Shown here piece by piece: positions 26,201 through 38,731 of a stretch of 57,632 bases of DNA (position 1 is the stretch's first letter; each line of letters starts with the position of its first letter). A program made the translations under genes and the position numbers. The notes under the pieces are model-generated. The model searched no databases. It saw only the letters and a program-made list of their open reading frames with translations, and was not told where the DNA came from. This DNA comes from Chara braunii (taxonomy: Eukaryota; Plantae; Charophyceae), in contig BFEA01000008.1 in the NCBI GenBank assembly GCA_003427395.1, forward strand, positions 6,804,243 through 6,861,874, given 5' to 3'.

Positions 26201-28474
26201 AGGCATACGGGGAACCCCGTAGCAGCACTATTTCTGTGTGACGGTGTGGGACTGTTAGGAACTGTTTGTTGTGTTTTATAGGGCCGGTGTGATGATGCAT
26301 CCCGCCATTCAGGGCAGGGATCCCTAAGGCTCCGTTTTGTCAGTGGTTTTAAGTTTCTTTAAAGATTTTGTGCGAAGTCACGGTGGATGGAGAGGCAAGA
26401 CAGTGCAATATACTATCTTTTTTTTTTTTTTTTTTTTAGAAGAATCCAGAATTTTTATTGAAAATGGAGAAAGAGAGGCCGGGGACCTTGTCCCACTTGC
26501 ACCATTTAGTTAGGAAAGCTCAGCGGTGCAACGGCTAAAAAAAATCATTCTAATTCAATTTCAAATGAGAAATGCATTTATAAACGGCAAGAATACAACT
26601 GTTCAGTTTTTTCTTTTTGCACAATTGGAGTGGCATATGGGCAACTTCTACAACAGAAAATGAAGAGTTGCCATTGCCAGAATCCCGTACAAGAATCGCA
26701 AACGGAAGGAGGTCGTACAACTTCTCTAAAAAAACGCCTTCTCGGGGAACAAGAGGGTCGTTGAGCTAGCTGTCTCGAAACAAGGAGACAACTAGCTCAA
26801 CGGAAAGTGGCGAGGGCAGGGGGAGTAGTATTTGGGATAAAGGTTTTTTTTTAATAAAAAGACTAATTCTTTAAGCCCAACCAATTCAATTACCTATCAA
26901 ATCTGGACAGGACAGCCTTTCAGGCCTTTTTTATTGTCATTATAGTGTTACGGGGAACCCCGTAGCAGCCACATCCGTGCTCAAGCCTCCAACAAGGGAA
27001 CATGTGGGAGCTGCACCCACCAGCAGGTGGGCGATACCGGCCAGGGGTCAGCCGGTAGCATCAGGACCGAGCTTCTTCGATGGGCCAGTCACTGTCCCTC
27101 CCTGCTTTTTGTTGTAAGAAAAAACAAAGATAGTCTCTATTGCCTTTTTTTATTAAAAACGGACCGCTAGATGACTTGGACGACGTGCATCTCCGTACAG
27201 TCACACAGCGTCGAAAACCCAACGTTGACCTAGCTCAACGGAGCTAGCGGGACAAGGTCCCGGGAATACCTCACAAACAACCCGGAAAATGTTGGGGCCA
27301 TTACTCAGCTTAGGGCCTCGTTCGACACCACTTGAACTCAAGGGTTGAAGGAAAATTCTTCGTTCGACCCCACCCTAACGTCGTCGTGGAGTTGTTTCTA
27401 CTTTCCAGCTCTCAATTGACCGCCATCGAAACTCAAGTGCGGTCGGGGCAAAATCGCACTTGAACTCAAGGTACCTTTCTTGGGAGCCTTGAAATTCAAG
27501 TGACATAGGATACCGCCAACACCCAAAGTGGGGATTTTTTTTTTTTTTTTTTTTTTTCCAGCAGGTGATCCTGGTCCAGGATTGGTCAAACCGTGAAGTT
27601 CGGTTTCAAGTGCAACCTGTTCAAGGGTTTCCTCAAGTGTAAATGGAACCATAAATCGAGTAAGTGTAAATTAATAATCACAGTTTTCCGTTTAATGTGC
27701 ACTTTGAAATGAGTTACCCCTGAATTAAGAAGAAGAAGAAGAAGAAAATAAATGAGTGGCGGTCACGTACGTGGCCGCGGGGGTAGATTAGATATAGGGG
27801 TAGGAAGTAGAAGAAGAGGGAAAAAATGGGAAAAGGCGAATATCGCAAATTTAAACGTGACGTAGGACCAAATGCAGCACTAGAAGCATTTAGGCCCTAG
27901 TTGAAAAAGTTTTTAATGGTTTAATACAACCATTTTGGACTGCGTATGGCCGCGAGCGATGACCAAATGCATTACTAAGGCCAAGAACTTTATTCCCCTA
28001 GGGGAACATCAAGATTTCCAGCCCTTGATCTCGTTTGAGATCAAGGGCCAGACCCTAATCTGAGAGTTTGGCTGGGGGGGGGGGCAAGGCTGCTGCCTCA
28101 ACCCTTGGCTGGCTATAAAAGAAGTCAGCAACCATCCAGCCAACATTCATTCGTGGTTGATGCTGCAGACACTCCACTTGAGTGAGTGCTGGCTGCTGGA
28201 GGAGAGGTTATTGGCTGTAGTAGGGAATGAAGAGAGGTGGAGAGTGGAGGTCTGCAAGAAGCTTAAGGTTTGAGACTGCCATTGCCACCACCTCTGCGAG
28301 GAGGGAGGAGGCCGGTGGAGTGGTGCGGCCGCAACATAGTTGAAGGAGACACATGCTGCCATAGGAGAGATGGTTAACATGTGCATATATTTTCAGGTCT
28401 CTTTTCCAGGCAGTTCAACCACTGTAGGTTACTACACCACTTTCAGATTGCCTACAGATCCATTGCAAATGGTG

Positions 28475-28975
28475 GGATGGGGGTACCTAAAACCCCTTTC
28501 AGAAGCTTAAGCCACTTCAGCAGCTTCAGGTCCCCACCTGAAATTCCTGAAATGACCTAAAGTGGCTGAAGCTTCTGAAAGGGGTTCCAGGTACCCCCAT
28601 CCAACTATTTGGATGAGGATACCTGAAACCCCTTTTAGAAGCTTCAGCCACTTCAGTGGTTTTAGGTCCCCACCTGAAATTTATGAAATAACCTGAAGTG
28701 GTTGAAGCTTCTGAAAGGGGTTTCAAGTACCCCCATCCAAATGGTTGGATGGGGGTACCTTAAACCCCTTTGAGAAGCTTCAGCCACTTCAGCGGTTCCA
28801 GGTCCCCACCTGAAATTCCTGAAATGACCTGAAGTGGCTGAAGCTTCTGAAAGGGGTTTCAGGTACCCCCATCCAACCATTTGGATGGGGGTACCTGAAA
28901 TCTCATTCAGAAGTTTCAGCCACTTCAGAGGTTTCATGTCCCCACCTAAAATTCCTGAAATGACCTGAACTGGTT
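28475..28975. repeat. Palindromic tandem array, 136-bp period
   Basis: Units start GGATG at 28475, 28611, 28747 and 28883. Each has GGGGTACCTGAAACCCCTTTCAGAAGCTTCAGCCACTTCAG followed about 40 nt later by its reverse complement; the last unit is partial. Confidence 0.9.
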
Positions 28976-31900
28976 GAAAAAACAGGCAGAAAAAAAAAAA
29001 AAAAAACATAAAACTTGTCGTGCACACCACCCGAAACTTCTGAAATGACCTGAAGTGTCTTCAGGTCATTTCAGCGGTTTCATACCACTTCAGAATCTTT
29101 CATTCTGAAATTTCAAGTGGTCGTTAACCGTGAGTATGCCATAGCCACGGTTGTTGGCAACGACAGGCATAATTGGAACAGTGAGGGGGAGGTGCTGAAT
29201 GACAGCACCGGGTTTTACAACGACGGTGTGGAAGCGCTGCCGAATTTTTGCGGCGACAACGCTCGTTTTTCGACGGCGGTGTGGAAGCGCTGCCGAATTT
29301 TTACAGCGACAGCGCCATTTTTTTTGGGCAGTGATGCGGAAGCACTCCCGATTTTTCACGGCGGTGGCAGCGGTATTTTGTATTGGCTACATAAAGCGGT
29401 GACTAGCATTGGCGCAAGGAAGGTGCCGCTGAAGTGGTGGTGCGAGCGTGGCGCCACTATGACGTGGTGACATTCGAGGCGAGTGACGACGGTGTCGAGA
29501 CGCTGTCAAGTTGTTGGGAGTGAGATTGAAATAAGTATTGTGGCAGGCATGTTGGGAGTGAGGTTGGATTGGTGATTGAGGTGATGTTATTCTTGGTGGG
29601 CAAGGTGCCGCTGACACTGTAGTGGGACTACGTGAGACTTGAAAGTGGGAACACTCTTCTTTTTGAGGGCTATCGCGCGCCAGTCCTAGTGAGTGGCGCC
29701 TAGGTCAGTGGTAACGCCCGAAGAGAGCGTGGATTACCTTTTGTGAACAACTACAACATAAGTTGTGTGGCCGATCTCTTTGAAGGCGTATTTGGCTTTC
29801 TTGAGTGAGCCGTTTCAACTTCACTCAAGGTCAGTTGGGACTCTGCTTCCCTTGCACACCCATGTGAACCCACAACTTGCATGACCTTGTTTGAATTCAG
29901 GGAAAAGGTAGAGTGAGATGTGTGATGTCATGCATGTGAAAGAGGCTGACTTTGGTTGGGGAATAGATGATTTTTGGATTGTTACTTTTGTTGATTGTGT
30001 AGGTGGGTGATTGATTGCATGTGGGGAGGAACCAACATTATGCTTGCTCAAGGAATGATGAAAATGTCCACTTTCCTTCCACTTCTACCTGTATGCATGT
30101 TAAAAAGAAGAATATAGTGCAAAATGGTGGACTGATGGGTGCCGAAAAAATGAAATCCGTGAAAAAGGAGATGAAGATAAGAAAATAATTTAGTATCTTC
30201 CCAAGGAACATCCCGTTCTATCCCGAATTACCATTTTCTTTCTATACTCGTCCAAAGAGATTTCAGTGTTTATCTTTATCGTATTCTTCTTTTCATCTTT
30301 GTCAAATCCAGTCGGAGTATAGAAAAATGTGTACACCTTGTAATCGGGGTTCCTTCTCTTTAGGAGCGATCCGGGACAGGGGTTCGTTGTTTTAGGAGCC
30401 AGCCCTGTTATTGACCCGGAGTGAACCGTCTAACGGGGGAATACCATGCTGTATCGCGGTGGAGCCAACCCAACTTCTGATATCTGAACAATGTGTTCGG
30501 ACGAGGAGGAGGGGTATTCCAGACCACCTTCTAGAGGGTAGGATATCCTGTGGTAAGGGTAGTCGTTTCTCATACTTCCGGGTGATGGACGACTGGATCT
30601 AACACCTTCTTTGGGTGGTCGTATTAGGCGTCACCACCGTATGGGGAACTAGCACCAAAAGAAGCCCAGTTCATGTTTCAATTAGTTTCAAAAGAAGTGC
30701 AAGTAGGCACTACTTTCACGGTAGGACTGTGGCACAAGAATCACGGTCCGGGAAGGGAATGAAAATAAAACATAGAAATTGGTATATTTATACATGCCTT
30801 GACAAAGTTACTACTTTATCTTCCAGATGTCCGCGAGAGCAGTAATCCTTCGATTTTTCAGCACGCGTGAGGCAGCAACAAAATGGATAACAGTGCCTAC
30901 ACGAACACGTGTTGGTATGATACGGAAGAGAAGATTGGTGTAGAATCCACATGATTTTTTTTCAGAACAGGATGAACCGCGGTTGTAGGATGGAAGCGTG
31001 AAGAACCTACCGCAGCGTTATATTTTCTTGATTGAACAGGAACAACAAATTGTGCGGTATGAATTTGCGTCTCCTAATCCATCGGGAGATTATGGAGACA
31101 TGAACCTCATCGTAGTTAATGAAGCGAGTCCAGTTATAGAAGACATTCTCGAGGTTTGGGAAATGTTCTCTATATTGCGCTATGGCTTAATGATCAGCAA
31201 GGTCCGTTTAGTCTTTTTCAGCGTGTGAGACATGTACGTGCGAATAGATTTAGCATCTCTCGCTCTGAACGTTTCGATGTCGTCGCTTTTGACGATGAGG
31301 CTAGTGAAATCCAAGAACGTCTTTTCTAACAAGCGACTCTTTCGGGCGTGCAGATGACTAGCGGACGACGAGATCTTACTCAGGCCAGATATTTGTTGGT
31401 TCCTAACACTCTGGACGAGGATCTGATCCGATGCTCGAAACGATTATTACTAGTTTGAGATGAAGCGCCCACACAATGGGTTGGTTTTGTTCGAATGCTC
31501 AGGGATGGGCTATGGTTTTTTCCTAACTCGCGTGAGGATTTTCGTGCCAATGTGGCCCGACTTCTGGAAGAATTTCATGGATATACTTTGTATTTCCATC
31601 GTGCGAGTAACCTCCAATGCCTTTCTCGGGTCATTGTGAGCGTTAAATTACCCTGTCGGGGGAGCGCTACGGCGTCATCTGGATTAAGGACACCACGACT
31701 AAGCACATTTTTCAGATGTGTCAACTGTTTCGCGCCATAGTTTGAAAACTGGCCTCACAAATAACTTTCCTCTATGGTACTCGGAAGGTTCGAGTCATGC
31801 GAGATGGTCGCATGACCACTTTGAGTTTTGACGAGGAGGAGCTTGCACGACTCGACCGGATAGAGATTGAAGCTTGTGAAGGCCAACAACTCTATCTTGG

Positions 31901-32454
31901 CTAAACGCACCTTTATGAGTCCTTACGATAGAGTCACGTTTATGCGACTCTACACGGGGTAATAATAATAAAAAAAAAGGTAGGTCCAATGAGATGGATA
32001 GTATCTGGATTACCCCGACGATTGTTCTATCATGCTTAGGCATTGAGGGGTAATCACATGCATAAAAACGCATGTTGGAAGTAAGTCGGAAATGATTACG
32101 GAGATGTGGTCGAGCCGATAGTTCAAACTTCAGCTAGGAACCAAATCACTTGTTGATCTGTATGGTAGCAGTAACATTTACCTGCAGAAGCTATTCATGA
32201 TAAGTTTCAGTAGTCATGATAGATTGATCCTTCCTAGTTTTTTCGTCAATTGATTGTCTTCCATTTTTGGACGACAATATAAATGTCTCTCCAGTCATAT
32301 AGGCAGAAAAGAATAACATTGGCAAAACGGTTCATCAAGTCAAAAACCTGATCTCTGATAATTTTGATATAAGATATATGAATTTAGTTGTGTTCTTTTC
32401 ATAACGTTTGTCAAGGGACTAGGATTGATTTGTGGGTTTCACGCTTGGTTGAGA

Positions 32455-33360
32455 CCGTCCTAGTCGACTGACGTCCACTCCGTACTTAGGAGATCAGCGC
32501 TCTAAGGGACGGACGACGTTCGGGTCTACTCGGTGTTAACCAAGTGTTTCCTATACTGCAGCGAGACGAGCAAACGCCCTCGGCTGACCTACCTCTGCGA
32601 CTGCAGATAATAACTTTCTCATGTGAGTCAGTAGCTCGGTAGGGATACGCCCCTAAGGGTGGTGACAACCCCTTAGGGAAGTAAAGTTTATGCCTCACGA
32701 AATCCTATCCTGTCGTAGGGGACCGCGGGATGTACGACTAGTGCACTCGGATAGAGCGGCTAAGGGACGATGCATCCACGACCGTCTCGGCGGCTCGCGG
32801 GATTATTTATAAGTCGTCCCCGAGTTGTCTCTGTTTTGTTTAGTTTAACTCCTGCGTGACATGGCTGGAAGGGGTCCCGCACTTTGCAAAAAGGTGGGAG
32901 CCGATGCGCTCGATAACGCGTGGTAAGTGGGATGCGTCCTAGTCGACTGACGACCAGTCGCACTTGGGACTTCATCCCCCCTGTGTGTCGGTTCGCATGT
33001 GGGTTCGACAGAGGCGTGAGACCTCGTGTAACCCCTATGCTACAGCGAACGAGAAACGCCCTGGACTGGTCCACCTCTGTGATTGCAATTGATTAGCTTC
33101 CGTACTTTGGACTAGTAGCTCGGCGGGGATACGCCCACCAAAGGGAGGTGACAACTCTTGTAAGGTGGAGGTAAGTCGTGTCTCGTGTTGGCCCTATCCT
33201 GTCATAGGGGCTCGCAAGAGGTATGGCTGGTGCATTCGGCCGGAGCGGCTTGCGAAAGCTCTATGTGTATCGTGACGAGGATCAAACCAACTCCTGCGTG
33301 ACGTGGCCGGGAGGGTCCCGCCCTGCACGGTGCGGTACCGATGCCCTCGACAACGCTTCA
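32455..33360. repeat. Two diverged tandem ~480-bp GC-rich units
   Basis: Colinear shared blocks: CGTCCTAGTCGACTGACG (near 32456 and 32935), GTAGCTCGG..GGGATACGCCC, CCTATCCTGTC.TAGGGG, and AACTCCTGCGTGAC.TGGC..GG..GGGTCCCGC. Confidence 0.8.
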
Positions 33361-33413
33361 CTCTTTAACCTTGAGTAACCGCTATCTCTACCCCTGAGTC
33401 CCTGAAACATCAA

Positions 33414-33495
33414 TCGCCACCTAGAAACAACCTTCATAAGGCAACGCCACCTAGAAACAACCTTCAAAAGGCAGCACCACCCTGAAACATGCCTC
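33414..33495. repeat. 30-bp minisatellite, about 3 copies
   Basis: CGCCACCTAGAAACAACCTTCA.AAGGCA is repeated. Confidence 0.8.
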
Positions 33496-33825
33496 TGAGG
33501 ACAAGCGTCCCTCAAAGGGTGAAGAAGACGACCAGCGCCACAATATCTGATGATGATGAAGTGTCGAATAACTTCCGGGGTGAAAGTCTGCAGCTATGCC
33601 ACCTCTCCTCATAAGATGATCTCTGAGGAAGAAGCGGCAACCTGGTTTAAGGAGTTACTCTAGCTATCAAGATATACCTAAAGTGATGGGAGGCATGGGT
33701 GTCGTTATACTTTCAACTCTTGATTTTCTCTGTAAAATCAAGAGACAAGATACTTTGTAACCGACATATGTCAGAATGTATGTGGTCACGGATGTATCTT
33801 GCTAAGTGGTCGTTTTTTACCATTA

Positions 33826-36553
33826 AGGTCTTTTTCTCTTTTCTTTTCTTTTCTTTTCTCTTCTTTTTTGGACAGTAGGGACTTGCCAGTCCCTACTTGT
33901 GGCAGTCCCTACTGACGGCCAACTCACTCACTTCCTCTCACTCCTTTTGTCTTATTCTTTCACCATTTTTTTTTTTTTTTCTTTCTTTTTTTTAGCATGT
34001 CAAGTGTCAAGTAGCCGGTAAGGTCTTTTCTATGCTCTTCCTCTTAGTTTTGGCCCTCCCTATGCCCATGGTGCAGTCCGTTATATCCCAGACTGCAATT
34101 GTGGCTTCCTCATGCCCATGAGAGCCTCCTTTTACCTCGTTTTCTCTCACACAGTAGCCCCTCATACTCCGATTTTCCCCCGGGAGACTATTTTTCACAT
34201 GGAGCCTTTTTTGGCTCTATTTTCTTGAGGGAGACCGATCCGAGATTTTTCGGATTGCTCCTATGTCTCCCCTTTAATGTTTCTCGATCTTGACGGTGCG
34301 TCTTGCTTTAATTATTTTTCCCTCACGTCGCTCCGCAGTTCCTCTTGAGACCTTCTCATGTCCCCGCCACTTGTCTCGTGCTAGTCCTCGGCACGTGTCC
34401 CACATGGTGGTCCCACCGCTACTTATCCCACTGACGGTCCCGCCGCTACTTGTCCCAATGGCAATCCCGCTCGTACTTGTCCCGTCGGTGGTCCCATCGA
34501 TATTTTGTCCCAGATGTCATTATTTTTGCTTAGCCCCATGTGGTCTCTGATACTTTTCCTCATGGTATCCAGGTTTCTTTTGGCATCAACCGTCCTTTGG
34601 CGGCCCCCTTTCTCTGTCTTTTCTCGAGCCTTGCAAGCACCGGTCTCACCGGTCGCGGGGCTTCAAATCCGTGGTTTCCGTTAGTTGTCGTAGGCAACTT
34701 TCATGTTGGGGTCCTTATTCTCTTATTGTTCTGCGACCATAAGGGTTGTCCACCTTTCGACTGTACTATTCTCTTGTCATCCGCCATGCCTCGCTTGCTC
34801 AGTTCACGGCCTCTCGGATCTTTGCTGTGCCGAATTTGAATGACCCTCCTGACCCCATGCTATGCCCCTATGCGCTCGCGTCCCGACACTTACTTGTTTG
34901 TCATTGCCGGGTCCTTCACCTTGCAGTGCTCAACCCAGGGCATCATTCCTCCCGACGGTCTCGTCCTAGTCCTTTGTCTTTTCTCTCTCTCTTGTCTTCT
35001 TACTCCGGATTTATCTGTCGTACACAACTTGGCTATATACCGGCTTTCAAGCGTCGGGACGTTATTCGGGATCCACAAGTCCCGACACTGTGTACATCGC
35101 TGTTGTGCAACGCGTAAACTGAAAGTGGTAACAACTTGAGTGTTGGAGAAGACGCACATAGCCGGACCTGCGCAATGTCAGCCATAGCTGTGACTGACAC
35201 TGTACTCTGACAGCACGCGGGGCTGTTCAGAAGTCCGGGTTAAGTGAGGTCTGCTGGAGGCAAGAGAAGTGGTGCCCTATTAGATTCTCCTTCGGAGTAG
35301 AGTTACAGGGTGTGTGGCGAGACCTCATACAACCGAGATACAACGGATTGCATAAGGAAGGGAAAACACATGTTTTAGGTGCATCCGGAACCAATATTGA
35401 GCCCGGATGCACTTGAAAGTTGGCCGTTTCTTTTTTCTTTAGTTTTGGGCTAGTTGTGGGCAATAGGACTGAGAAATTGACCCCTACTGCAGTTCGAGTT
35501 ACAACAGACTGCATGGGGAGGGGAAAACACATATTTTAGGTGCATCCGGAGTCAATATTGAGCCCGGATGCACTTGAAAATTAAGCGCTTCATTTTCTTT
35601 CAGTTTGGGGCAAGTTGTGGGGTTGTGGGACTAGGGAAATGACCACAATTGCAGTCTGAGAAATAACGGACTGCATAAGGATGCCTAGGCCAAGGGAAAA
35701 TGAGTCATGGTAAGCCCAAAATGCTAGAAAAAAACGACTTCGGCATGAGGCAAATAGAGACGGTGAACGGCAACCGTGAGATGAGGATCTTGCGACTGAG
35801 AATAATCGGCACACATGAGGCACTTGAGGAGGGGATATTGGAACTGACAGGGACAAGGAAGCCCCAAAATAAAAATGAGAATAAAAATAGTTGAAAAATG
35901 GGTCACACGCCGATGGAACTACCGGCGGGACGAAAAAATGGAACTAGTACGGGGAGAGTGGCGGAGACTTGAGATGTCCCAAGGGAACTATGAGCCAACA
36001 TGAGAAATGGTCACGCAAAGCAAACGGCACCGTCGACATCAAGATCTAAACGGTAAAAAATATTAGCACCACTATTGCAAACACAAGTGGGATCACGTTG
36101 GAGAGCTGTGAGAGGAAAAAAAACAAAATAATGGTGATGGAAGGGTTGCCTAGTAGTCCAAGATATATCGGACTAGCTAGGCATGAGAAAATAAAGCCCC
36201 AAAGGATTCAACACAGAAAAAAGGCTGTCAAAAGAAAAATCGAGACAAAGAGGACTTAAAATTGAAACTAACGGAGACAAAATGAAGCCCCCTTTGGTGT
36301 GGGGGCTTCATTATTGTAATCCGAGATATAACGGTCAACTGCCGAGTCTGAATCTGACCATAGATGAAGATCCATGGTCTAGAAAAAGACTCAACAACCA
36401 CTTAACACTTGTCACGTCAGAAATTAAAAAAAAATAAAAAAAATGAGAGGAAATGGAGGAAGAATGAGACAAAGGGGGAAAAAAGAGTGGAGGAAAATGT
36501 GCCGGCCTATTGGAACTGGCACAGTAGGGACTGACAGGTCCCTACTGTGACCT
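33826..36553. mobile_element. Non-autonomous DNA transposon with long imperfect inverted arms
   Basis: Left arm AGGTC[T/C-rich insertion]ACAGTAGGGACTTGCCAGTCCCTAC versus reverse-complemented right arm AGGTCACAGTAGGGACCTGTCAGTCCCTAC. Inverted homology continues for hundreds of bp (CCGTTATATC near 34077 and 36325; 34335-34390 versus 35940-35990). Flanks are TA/TA (or TTAA/TTAT). Confidence 0.65.
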
Positions 36554-36939
36554 TATCCGTCGAGATTTAATAGAGGCGCCCCGGATTGCAAAGATAGGGT
36601 CCTTGGGGCAATATCTCTACAAAATCTGAATAAAAAAAAGAAAATTGAAAGAAAATGCAAAAGGAAAATGACCGTTTTTTTTTTTTGGTCATAGATCTGA
36701 GATTTAGATCCATAAAGGAGGCAATATGGCTATTTTTTATGAGGCCAACTCAAATAGCCAACCCCGGAATGTGTTAGCGGCCCAAAATGGAAAGAGATAA
36801 AAAAAAAGAAAAAACAAAACTGTGCATTTGGCCTAAACGGAGCGCCAGATGCATCAAAAATTGAAAAGATGAGCTTCGGGGCCCAAAACTGAAACAAGGA
36901 TCACCAAGGGGGTAACTCGGAATATTGTTGGCCTTGGAT

Positions 36940-37343
36940 CTCATGGCGGCCTCTTGTTCTTCCCTGAGCACATACATCAGTGCCTCCTCTTCTTCCCCCA
37001 CGGATAATCCAGCAACCCACTCTGTAATTTTCGTCTCCATCTGATCTTCTTTTGTACCACTTGATTTACCTCTTCCTCCTGCCCTTCGCCTTTCCAGTGG
37101 TTGTTCTTCTACCTCTTCCTCTTCTTCTACCGTCTTGAGCTTCTCTTCTTTTTCTCTCTTTAGCGTCTCTTTTTCTTTGGCCATCTCCTCCTCAATCTTC
37201 TTCAACTTCGCCGCCTGTTCTTCTATCAAGGCCTTCTTCTTTGCCTCCTTCTTCTCCCTTTTTTCTTTCAGGATGGCGGCGACCTTCGCATCCTGCTCTG
37301 CTGTGTAAGGGGAGGTGCTCGTTCCTGTACGTGTGTCAACCAT
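36940..37343 (-). pseudogene. Truncated coiled-coil ORF, probable N-terminus of an LTR-retrotransposon gag-like protein
   Basis: MVDTRTGTSTSPYTAEQDAKVAAILKEKREKKE... is a K/E-rich coiled coil that breaks into unrelated sequence at about 36940. It resembles, from recollection only, a highly repeated Chara retroelement ORF start. The upstream TGGTCAAC repeats (37945-38055) are LTR-element-like. Confidence 0.45.
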
Positions 37344-38616
37344 GGTGATAGACACACAACCAAGTGACGGTTCCACTCCTCACCACTTAGACTCTCCCCC
37401 TAACTAACTCAACTTAAGACTAACACAGTCTATGGACCAAAAGATTCGTATAGAACCCTGTTAACTACGGTCTCTAGCCTAGACTCTAATACTACAACCG
37501 TCACTACAGGATCTGTTGCTGACCAGGAGGCATTTAAGGAGATCCCCCGTAACTCCTCAGGAATTCTTTAACGTCACAAACAGGACGATACGATCAGCAT
37601 ATCCTCTCAAGACTTAGACGGCCCGTTGTGCAGCCCACAACTCGGATTTTGGGCCTACCGTGCCACACCGAGCAGCCTGCCGGTCAGTACCGGTCCTTGG
37701 GAGGGTTCGTGTCCTCCAGGACGGTCGAGTCGTCAGACACAGCCTTTAGCCCTACTCAGCCCGTGTGGGTTTGGTCAACGAGGCCCTATCCTTCATACAC
37801 GGAGTCCTATCACTTGGACAGAAGAGACTCAATGCAGAAAGAAGAGACTGACAGACTCAGACTCAGCAAGTACCATAGGGTGAGTGCACATCCATAGGGC
37901 GAGGGGATAGGCTAAGGGCTTGGCGAGATTTTACCAACTCCAACTTGGTCAAAATCGTGGTCAACAGCCCCGGTTAACGCCTTGGTCAACGCTTGGTCAA
38001 TACGTTCAAACCCCGGTCAACGCTCTGGTCAACCCTTGGTCAACGCTCGGTCAACCTCCAAGTCGGCTATAGCTGCCGGCACCTTCTTCCTCGCCACCGT
38101 TCACTTCTCTTTCCCCCTCCTTCACCTTTTTTTTTTTTTTTTTTTTTTTTTTGTTCACCCTCAGCTACGTCTGTCTTCTACTTTGTTGTCTCTCCTTCCT
38201 CCTTCCTCAACTAGGTCTTCCTCTTCCTCTCGGGTTTCCTCCCTTCNNNNNNNNNNNNNNNNNNNNNNNNNNNNNNNNNNNNNNNNNNNNNNNNNNNNNN
38301 NNNNNNNNNNNNNNNNNNNNNNNNNNNNNNNNNNNNNNNNNNNNNNNNNNNNNNNNNNNNNNNNNNNNNNNNNNNNNNNNNNNNNNNNNNNNNNNNNNNN
38401 NNNNNNNNNNNNNNNNNNNNNNNNNNNNNNNNNNNNNNNNNNNNNNNNNNNNNNNNNNNNNNNNNNNNNNNNNNNNNNNNNNNNNNNNNNNNNNNNNNNN
38501 NNNNNNNNNNNNNNNNNNNNNNNNNNNNNNNNNNNNNNNNNNNNNNNNNNNNNNNNNNNNNNNNNNNNNNNNNNNNNNNNNNNNNNNNNNNNNNNNNNNN
38601 NNNNNNNNNNNNNNNN

Positions 38617-38683
<67 letters not shown>

Positions 38684-38700
38684 CTATCTATCTATCTATC

Positions 38701-38731
<31 letters not shown>

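Noticed and set aside
32845-32915. Twister ribozyme or group II intron domain V (TAACTCC..GGTCCC; GAGCCGATGCG)
   Set aside because: The required partner strands are missing and the features are not kept in the second unit.
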